This document shows, piece by piece, positions 55,206-64,000 of a DNA stretch of 64,000 nt. The first letter of the stretch is position 1; every line of letters starts with the position of its first letter. The position numbers and the translations under genes are program-made. The stretch is from Eledone cirrhosa (Eukaryota): positions 22,010,001-22,074,000 of the forward strand of contig OZ024765.1 of assembly GCA_964016885.1 (NCBI GenBank), read 5' to 3'. The notes below the pieces were generated by a model. It was not told where the DNA came from and ran no database searches. It was given only the letters and a program-made list of their open reading frames with translations.

Positions 55206-55439
55206 TTAACGTCCACCTTAACTGCTAGCAAGGGTTGGCTGGGTCTATATTGACCAAGTCAGTACTGAAGCAGGGCTACTGACCTCCCAGACAGGCTGGG
55301 CTTCTGTTATCTTTCTTACGTATAGTCACATATTCTACCGAATGTACAGGAGAGGTTGTCATGTCTTTGACACAACTGAGGGGACCAGGTAACCCTATAT
55401 ATATATATAGTGTCATCATCGTCATCATCATTACTAGCT

Positions 55440-55900
55440 CAACAATTTTTCCTGGGAAGGGAAAGTCGATTAAATTGACTCCAGTACATTACTGGTACTT
55501 TATTTTATCAACCCCGTAAGGATGAAAAGCAAAGTTAACCTCGGCTGGATTTGACAAAAACAACGTAAAAGGGCCGTAACTCTATGCCGCTAAGCATGTT
55601 GTCCGACGCTCTACTGATTCTGCCAATCCACTGCCCTAAATAATTAATAATAATAATAACGTATTCTAATATAGGCACAAGGACAACAATTTTTGGTGTG
55701 AGGGGAAAGTTGATTAAATCGACCCCATTTCATTACTGGTACTTTATTTACAAAGTTAACTTCGGCGGGATTTGAATTTATAACGTAAACGGCCATAACT
55801 CTATGCTGCAAAGCGTGGTGTCTGACGCTCTACCGATATTACTGCCGATCCAATGAAAGAATATGGGGCCCTTGGTGGGATTTGAACTCAGAACATGGAC
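55440..55900 (-). mobile_element. Cluster of tRNA-derived SINE copies
   Basis: Two near-complete copies and fragments with the family core and B-box. Confidence 0.75.
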
Positions 55901-56309
55901 AACCTGATAAAATAAATACAATCGTTTTACACTCCAATGGATGCTTCTTCTTCTTCTCCTCCCAGTCCAGGAATAAATGGGAGAACAACAACACGAAGAA
56001 AATGGAGAAGAAGATATGAACGGGATTTGAACTCAGAAAGTAAAACATAAGAGAGACAGACATTGCTAAACATTTGTCTGGAGCTCCACCGACTCTGTAG
56101 ACCCGCCACCATCTTTAAAGAGGTAATACATAATATTAATGGAGGGAGAAATACTTACATGTTTTAATATAAGAAAGATTCGTCTCTGTCATCGATAAAT
56201 AATTATATTTGTTGTGATCAGATTTCATTAAAATTTCGTTTCAGTTTATCAGACTTTCAACACAGGAGAGTGAAGTGAACAGGAAGTAGAGCAGTTACTT
56301 CCCTTAAAT

Positions 56310-56760
56310 TTTCTCTCTCTCTCTCTCTCACTGACTCTTCTCTGTCTCTCTCACGCTTTCTGACTGTTTGTTTGTCTCTGTCTCTTTCTCTCTCCCACTT
56401 TTATGTGACTGTCTGTCTCTGTCTCTCTCTTTCTCTAACTGTTTCTTTCTTTGTCTCTCTCACACACACACACACACACTCTCTCTTTCTCTCTCTCTAT
56501 CTATCTATAAATATTTATTCCCTCCAACATACCGAGTATATATACGTGCGTGTGTATATGTATATATATACACGCACACAAACACATACTCTGTATACAC
56601 ACATATACATCCACTCTTAAACACGTTCGCAGCATATAAACATACACACGTGCGTAGAAATAAAAGGATTTTGATTTTTTCTAATATTGAATATCACACA
56701 CACACACATATATATGTATATATGTGTGTGTGTGCTTTTATGTTTTTTTGTGTATGAGTG
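56310..56760. repeat. Mixed (CT)n/(CA)n/(TA)n microsatellite region
   Basis: Directly visible dinucleotide runs. Confidence 0.85.
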
Positions 56761-57034
56761 GTTGTATGTGTTGTCTTATTTTATTTTTCCTTTCCTTCTC
56801 CCGCCTCACTTTCATATAGCTTCCCTTTTTTTGTTTTTTTAAGATCCAAATTCAATAAACAAACCAGGATTTTTTCATTCTGAGGATTGAAAACAAAACC
56901 TTTTGCTTTTAAGAAACCACTGGTAAATGGAATAATTGCCTTATGTTGTTTATTACATAATAATATATATGTATATACAAAGTTTTTGAATTTGTTTTGC
57001 GAGATTTCTTATGTGAACACGTGTGTTGAAACAG

Positions 57035-57170
57035 ATATTGTTATACTTTGGTGGGGTCATGCTACCAATAAAAACACACGCACCTTTAATTTATTATAAA
57101 TTGAAGCGAAAACAAACAGGCGAGTGTGTTTTTTTATTGGCAGCATGACCCTCTCAAAGTATAACAATAT
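57035..57170. repeat. Short foldback copy of the family at 54712
   Basis: ATATTGTTATACTTTGG..GGTCATGCT.CCAATAA ... TTATTGGCAGCATGACCCTCTCAAAGTATAACAATAT. Confidence 0.75.
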
Positions 57171-57594
57171 ACGTATATATACTTACACAAATATAAATAT
57201 ATGTGTGAGTGTGTATACAGGTAAAAACCTCCCAGTCCACACTGTAAACGTGGTTGGTGTTAGGAAGGGTATCCAGCTGTAGAAAACCTGCCAGACAGTC
57301 CTACACGAGCAAGACAACCAATCTTGTCTCAACATCATCGGTAAATACTGAACCGCAGGTTTTATATCGGAGTTATCCCAGTTTCCTGAGATACCTTCTC
57401 CTAGAAGAATACCCTGACAAAGGCTAGGGGTCCTTCACTCCCAGTGATTTAGCTGCGCGATCGGGTATCCAGCCCGACTATTTCTATGTCCCCGCGCATA
57501 TACATACACATGCACTTTTCGGGTTATAGCTAGTCGCTCAGAGAATGGGATTGGCTCAGTGCACAGTCTTTCCTCACTTTAAAAAATATCTATA

Positions 57595-57790
57595 AGGGCG
57601 GTGGATTGGCAGTATCGGTAGAGGGTCGGACGCCATGCTTTGACGTATAGAGTTACGGCCCTTGCCATTCTGAGTTCAAATCCCGCCGACGTTAACTTTG
57701 CCTTTCATCCTTACGGGGTCGATAAAATAAAGTACCAGTAATGCACTGGATGTTTGCTGGCCTTGTGCCAAAAGTAGAAACAATTAATAA
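57595..57790 (+). mobile_element. tRNA-derived SINE, full length
   Basis: TGGCAGTATCGG A-box, GAGTTCAAATCC B-box, family core and (AAT)n tail. Confidence 0.85.
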
Positions 57791-59067
57791 TGGTATATCG
57801 TGCAATGGCCATACTCGATAACGAGGGGGCAGCTATCATATATATATATATATACATACGCACATACATATAGAAATACACACACACACACACACATTTA
57901 TATATATATAAGCAGAAAAAATGAAACGAAATTTCATTTCTCACTCTTAGTACGGCTGTTACTTAAATATACGTATGGTGGCTGCCAACTCGTTTTCGAG
58001 TACGGCCACTACTTTATTTCCATGTAGGAGAACCCCTACCGATGCGCTGAACGACTTATAAATATATATATATATATATATACACGCACACAATAACAAA
58101 ACCTCGTGTAAAGGCGGAAAACAAATTATGAGGGAACTTGTTTTCCTCTGACACCGTAAGTGACAGCACATCTCTCACATTACACCGTCTGCAAGTATTT
58201 ATATCTCGCTGTTATCCTTAGGTAAATATTTCTGTTTATTGCTTGTAATTAATATATTTCTGTGATTAATTATTAGCAGAGAGGAGGCCTTCTAGTCGGT
58301 TGTAGGTCCTTCTGGGTCGGTTCTTGGTCTTCCACAGAATAGTAGGATGTTGGGGCTGCCATCTTGGCGCCGGCAGACACTCTGCGAAGCGCGAGGGTCA
58401 CTGTTGGTCTGGAACCTCTAGGGAGAGACCGACCCGTCTAGGGTGGCCCTACCAGGGGAAAAGCTCCAGACGGTAACACTCTGGGATTTACGGAATACTC
58501 AAGGCCAACCTAGTGGTGAGGGTGTTGGTCTTACAATCATTCTGCCGTGGGTTTCGTTCTTTGACTGGGTTGTGTGTTGAGTTCTTGAGCAAGACACTTC
58601 ATTTTCACGTTGCTCCAGTAAACTTAGCTGAAAAAAAAAATGAGTACCAGTAATAGCTCTGGGGAAGGTTTAATGGTTAGGATACTTGACGTAGGATTGT
58701 AATGTTGTCTGTTCAATTCCTGGACAGGCAACTATGTTGTGTTGTAGTCTTGAGCAAAACTCTCTATACTCACGTTGCTCCAGTATCACTCAACAGAGAG
58801 TTAATCCTACGATAGACTGGCATCCTATCCAGGGAGAGTCTTGTACTTTCAGTCATTTTAAGCCAAGGAAACTGGGTATAAGCACCGGTCTGCTTGAGTA
58901 ACACTCGGCAGAGAGATAGTACCAGTAATAACTGCGGAGTTAATCCTACGATAGACTGTCTGTGTGTATAACATGACTTTCCTGACATTTGTACATTATT
59001 CTATGTACTATACATGTACCTTTGATGAGTTGTAGTGCACCTGAGCACTGTACACAATAATATTCAT

Positions 59068-60065
59068 TATATAAATGGTGTGTGTATAATAGTGTTTATA
59101 TAATGGTGTGGTGTGTATATAATAGTGTTTATATAATGGTGTGGTGTGTATGTAATAGTGTTTATATAATGGTGTGTGGTGTGTATATAATAGTGTTTAT
59201 ATAATGGTGTGGTGTGTATGTAATAGTGTTTATATAATGGTGTGTGGTGTGTATATAATAGTGTTTATATAATGGTGTGGTGTGTATGTAATAGTGTTTA
59301 TATAATGGTGTGTGGTGTGTATGTAATAGTGTTTATATAATGGTGTGTGGTGTGTGTATAATAGTGTTTATATAATGGTGTGGTGTGTATGTAATAGTGT
59401 TTATATAATGGTGTGTGGTGTGTGTATAATAGTGTTTATATAATGGTGTGGTGTGTATATAAAAGTGTATATATAATAGTGTTTATATAATGGTGTGTGG
59501 TGTGTGTATAATAGTGTTTATATAATGGTGTGGTGTGTATATAAAAGTGTGTATGTAATAGTGTTTATATAATGGTGTGTGGTGTGTGTATAATAGTGTT
59601 TATATAATGGTGTGGTGTGTATATAAAAGTGTATATATAATAGTGTTTATATAATGGTGTGTGTATAATAGTGTTTATATAATGGTGTGGTGTGTATATA
59701 AAAGTGTGTATATAATAGTGTTTATATAATGGTGTGTGGTGTGTGTATAATAGTGTTTATATAAAGGTGTGGTGTGTATATAAAAGTGTGTATATAATAG
59801 TGTTTATATAATGGTGTGTGGTGTGTGTATAATAGTGTTTATATAAAGGTGTGGGTGTATATAAAAGTGCGTATGTAATAGTGTTTATATAATGGTGTGT
59901 GGTGTATATAATGGTGTGTGGTGTGTATATAATGGTGTGTGGTGTGTATATAATGGTGTGGTGTGTATATAATGGTGTGTGGTGTGTATATAAAAGTGTG
60001 TATATAATGGTGTGTGGTGTATATAGTGGTGTGTATATAATAGTGTGTATATAATGGTGTGGTGT
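59068..60065. repeat. Minisatellite with a 33-35 bp TATAATAGTGTTTATATAATGGTGTGTGGTGTG unit
   Basis: Directly visible tandem units. Confidence 0.92.
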
Positions 60066-60248
60066 ATGTGTCTGCGTGTATATTATGTCTCATACACAGT
60101 TCACTTTTCTGACATTAACTTTACCTTTCATTCTTACGGGGGTCGATAAAATAAAGTACCAGTAATACACTGGGATAATTGCTGGCCTTGTGCCAAAAGT
60201 AGAAACATGTACTATACAGGCACATTTGATGAGTTATAGTGCACCTGA

Positions 60249-61372
60249 TGCTCCCATACAGCTCTGAGTTTTTCATCCTCAGTGTATACTGATTAATGTT
60301 CAGAGCCATCCTCAGCATTCTTGTGTAGCACCCATCCACCATCTGAGTGGCTCTGAACATTAATATACACAACATTAATAAACATTAGTATACACTGAGG
60401 ATGAAGGACTCAGAGCTGTATGGGAGCCTCCCAAAAGTCAGCTCAAAAGTGACACAGAGGAGACTGAGGTTAGCTGGACATGCTCACCGACATCCAGAGT
60501 TGACATTGCACTCAGTGCTCCTGTGGGAGCCCCTACATGGACACACTAGAAGAAGGAGACTAAGGTTAGCTGGACATGCTCACCGACATCCAGAATTGAC
60601 ACTGCACTCAGTGCTCCTGTGGGAGCCTCTACATGGACACACTGGAAGAGGGAGACTGAGGTTAGCTGGACATGCTCACCGACATCCAGAATTGACACTG
60701 CACTCAGTGCTCCTGTGGGAGCCCCTACATGGACACACTAGAAGAGGGAGACTGAGGTTAGCTGGACATGCTCACCAACATCCAGAATTGACACTGCACT
60801 CAGTGCTCCTGTGGGAGCCCCTACATGGACACACTAGAAGAGGGAGACCGAGGTTAGCTGGACATGCTCACCAACATCCAGAATTGACACTGCACTCAGT
60901 GCTCCTGTGGGAGCCCCTACATGGACACACTAAAAGAGGGAGACTGAGGTTAGCTGGACATGCTCACCGACATCCAGAGTTGACATTGCACTCAGTGCTC
61001 CTGCGGGAGCCCCTACATGGACACACTGGAAGAGGGAGACTGAGGTTAGCTGGACATGCTCACCGACATCCAGAGTTGACATTGCACTCAGTGCTCCTGT
61101 GGGAGCCCCTACATGGACACACTGGAAGAGGGAGACTGAGGTTAGCTGGACATGCTCACCGGCATCCAGAGTTGACATTACACTCAGTGCTCCTGTGGGA
61201 GCCTCTACATGGACACACTAGAAGAGGGAGACCAAGGTTAACGTATGTTGATGCCCTAAGGACAGACACTGGTCTGTTTGGAGATGTAGGACATGGCAGC
61301 GATAATGAGGGACAGAGACCGCTGGAGAGAACTCATCCATGGATCTCAGGAATTTTACCCCGCCTTAGATAG
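60249..61372 (+). mobile_element. 5'-truncated, 5'-inverted RTE-like LINE with an internal 8 x 96-bp amplification and 13-bp TSD
   Basis: ATAGTGCACCTGA at 60236 and 61373. RRLRLAGH..RHPE...LLWEP.HG..RRGRP..TYVD is a LINE C-terminal motif. (TAGA)n tail. Confidence 0.85.
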
Positions 61373-61455
61373 ATAGTGCACCTGAACGCTGTACACAATT
61401 ATTTTCCTTATTATTTTATGATGATGTGTGAATTTTTGTTTTGCAGTGAAAATAT

Positions 61456-61909
61456 ATGGAGCAGAATTTGAATGTTGAAAGTGATCACTTATCTGAAGAA
61501 GAAGACATAGAAATACAACAGGTATTTTCTAAGAAATTTACCTACACTGTAAGCCAAAGTGAAGAATGGCCATGGCCTTCTTTTAAAAGTGATGGAGGTC
61601 TATGGAAACATGAAAAAACGTTTGTTGACTTCCGCGAAAGTTTGAACTCGGCGAAAGACCAGCTCAGTACACAGGACATAAAACAATGGCATGCTCACAC
61701 GACTGCCACCCACCTCGGTGGGGCTGTCAGAGACAGTCTCCGACATCAAATGAAGCCTGAACTCTGTACGCAAGCCTGGTGTAAATTTATGGAGATTCTC
61801 TCAACGTATCCTGTTGTATCTTTGGAATCAAAGAAACTCAACAGCGTCCATCTTTGTGAAGCACCAGGCTCTTTTATCACGTGCTTGAACCACTTCCTCA
61901 ACACCAGGG
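61456..61909 (+). CDS. CMTR2: Cap-specific mRNA (nucleoside-2'-O)-methyltransferase 2, first coding exon
   Basis: TTTTGCAG acceptor ends at 61446. LNSAKDQLS...WHAHT...ELCTQAWCKFMEIL...LNSVHLCEAPGSFITCLNHFL is the CMTR2/FTSJD1 signature. GTGAGT donor at 61910. Confidence 0.9.
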
Positions 61910-61912
61910 GTG

Positions 61913-63040
61913 AGTTGTTGTTACTGTTGTTGTTACTACAGTTACTGTTGTTAGTGTTGTTGTTACTAGTGTTACTGTTGTTGTTGTTGTTACTGGTACT
62001 AGTGTTAGTGTTGTTGTTGTTACTGTTGTTGTTGTTACTGTTGTTAGTGTTGTTGTTGTTGTTGTTACTAGTGTTAGTGTTGTTGTTGTTACTGGTACTA
62101 GTGTTAGTGTTGTTGTTGTTGTTACTGTTGTTAGTGTTGTTGTTGTTGTTGTTACTAGTGTTAGTGTTGTTGTTGTTACTGGCACTAGAGTTAGTGTTGT
62201 TGTTGTTACTGGTACTAGTGTTAGTGTTGTTGTTGTTAGTGTTGTTGTTGTTGTTACTAGTGTTACTGTTGTTGTTGTTAGTGTTGTTGTTGTTGTTGTT
62301 ACTAGTGTTAGTGTTGTTGTTGTTGTTGTTACTGTTGTTGTTGTTGTTACTGTTAGTGTTGTTGTTGTTGTTGTTACTAGTGTTGTTGTTGTTGTTGTTA
62401 CTGGCACTAGAGTTAGTGTTGTTGTTGTTACTGGTACTAGTGTTAGTGTTGTTGTTGTTACTGGTACTAGTGTTAGTGTTGTTGTTGTTACTGGTACTAG
62501 TGTTAGTGTTGTTGTTGTTGTTGTTACTGTTGTTAGTGTTGTTGTTACTGGCACTAGAGTTACTGTTGTTGTTGTTACTAGTGTTAGTGTTGTTGTTGTT
62601 GTTATTACTAGTGTTGTTGTTGTTACTAGTGTTGTTGTTGTTGTTACTAGTGTTAGTGTTGTTGTTGTTACTAGTGTTGTTGTTGTTGTTACTAGTGTTA
62701 GTGTTGTTGTTGTTACTAGTGTTAGTGTTGTTGTTGTTACTAGTGTTAGTGTTGTTGTTGTTACTAGTGTTAGTGTTGTTGTTGTTACTAGTGTTAGTGT
62801 TGTTGTTGTTACTAGTGTTAGTGTTGTTGTTGTTACTAGTGTTAGTGTTGTTGTTGTTACTAGTGTTGTTGTTGTTGTTACTAGTGTTAGTGTTGTTGTT
62901 GTTACTAGTGTTAGTGTTGTTGTTGTTACTAGTGTTAGTGTTGTTGTTGTTACTAGTGTTAGTGTTGTTGTTGTTACTAGTGTTAGTGTTGTTGTTGTTA
63001 CTAGTGTTAGTGTTGTTGTTGTTACTTGTACTGTTGTTGC
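61913..63040. repeat. (GTT)n-derived minisatellite (24-bp TTACTAGTGTTAGTGTTGTTGTTG in the distal half) in the CMTR2 intron
   Basis: Directly visible; it starts immediately after the donor site. Confidence 0.92.
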
Positions 63041-63042
63041 TG

Positions 63043-63490
63043 TTGAACTCAGAACATAAAGGGCCGTAACTCTATGCTGCCAAGCCTGTTGTTCAACGCT
63101 CTACCAGTTACTGCCAATCCATCGCCTGCATGAGCTAATAATGATAATAATAATAATAATACGCATGTAAACATAATAATAATAATTGTTTCTACTTGTG
63201 GCACAAGGCCAGCAATTACCCCAGTGCATTACTGGTACTTTGTTTTAAGAAGGATGAAAGTCAAAGTCAACCTCGGCGGGATTTGAACTCAGACCGTAAA
63301 GGGACGTAACTCTGTGCCGCAAAGCAATGGCGACCGATAATAATGGTTTCTGATGTAGGCACAAGGCCAACAATTTTGGAAGGGGAAAGTCGATTAAATC
63401 GACCCCCAGTGTATTACTGGTACTTTATTTTATCGACCCTGTAAGGATGAAAGGCAAAGTTAACCTCAGCGGGATTTTGAACTTGGAATG
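63043..63490 (-). mobile_element. tRNA-derived SINE fragments
   Basis: Family core and B-box in several partial copies. Confidence 0.7.
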
Positions 63491-63602
63491 TAATCCTGAA
63501 CTACCCAAATTCCAGGGTATGAGGGAAGGTCACCCCTTTACTCCTCAAATCAACCAGCCTACAGACACAGGCTCGGACTAGACCCATTTAGATGGTCCTA
63601 AT

Positions 63603-64000
63603 AATAATTGTTTCTTCTTTAGGCAGAAGGCCAGTAATTACCCTAGTGCATTACTGGTACTTTATTTTATCAACCCTGTAATAATTGTTTCTACTTTAGG
63701 TACAAGGACAGCAATTACCCCAGTGTATTACTGGTACTTTATTTTATCAACCCTGTAATAATTGTTTCTACTTTAGGCAGAAGGCCAGCAATTACCCCAG
63801 TGTATTACTGGTACTTTATTTTATCAACCCTGTAATAATTGTTTCTACTTTAGGCACAAGGCCAGCAATTACCCCAGTGTATTACTGGTACTTTATTTTA
63901 TCAACCCTGTAATACTTGTTTCTACTTTAGGCACAAGGACAGCAATTACACCAGTGTATTACTGGTACTTTATTTTATCAACCCTGTAATAATTGTTTCT
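63603..64000. repeat. 77-bp tandem repeat derived from the SINE 3' half
   Basis: AATAATTGTTTCTACTTTAGGCACAAGGCCAGCAATTACCCCAGTG... recurs at 63680, 63757 and onward, and matches SINE 34194-34260. Confidence 0.9.

Noticed and set aside
57370-57580. HDV-like ribozyme in an RTE-like 5' fragment (minus strand)
   Set aside because: Some hairpins are present, but I could not assign the P1/P2/P3 nested pseudoknot by eye.
60401-61372. 323-aa His-rich repeat protein as a host gene
   Set aside because: It is an amplified LINE C-terminal fragment bounded by a TSD.
61910-63069. Poly-Leu/Val extension of the CMTR2 ORF
   Set aside because: Read-through past the GTGAGT donor into a (GTT)n repeat.

Overview
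Eukaryotic, repeat-rich window that looks like octopod cephalopod DNA (octopus-type hemocyanin and SINEs); the species cannot be fixed from sequence alone. Three host genes are present: the 3' part of a molluscan hemocyanin (+ strand; end of FU-e, FU-f in two exons, FU-g), PAF1 (- strand, two coding exons) and the first coding exon of CMTR2 (+ strand). About 25.5 kb (7150-32650, including a 200-N gap) is a single 28-30 bp satellite. It appears to fill the last hemocyanin intron, ahead of a candidate terminal exon with only 5 coding nt at 32705. Upstream of the PAF1 ATG lies a 14.5 kb nested element: a TTAA-flanked piggyBac-type MITE whose internal 72-bp tandem array carries two full-length Tx1/L1-clade retrotransposons (one intact, one decayed) at the same position of the repeat unit, plus an RTE fragment and a SINE. 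This parallels the Xenopus Tx1D/Tx1L system. Other notable items are a 5'-inverted RTE insertion with a 13-bp TSD, a foldback element with a hammerhead-like core, and three acidic IFG motifs in the PAF1 tail. The giant ORFs in the ORF track are satellite artefacts. All homology calls are from recognition, not database searches.
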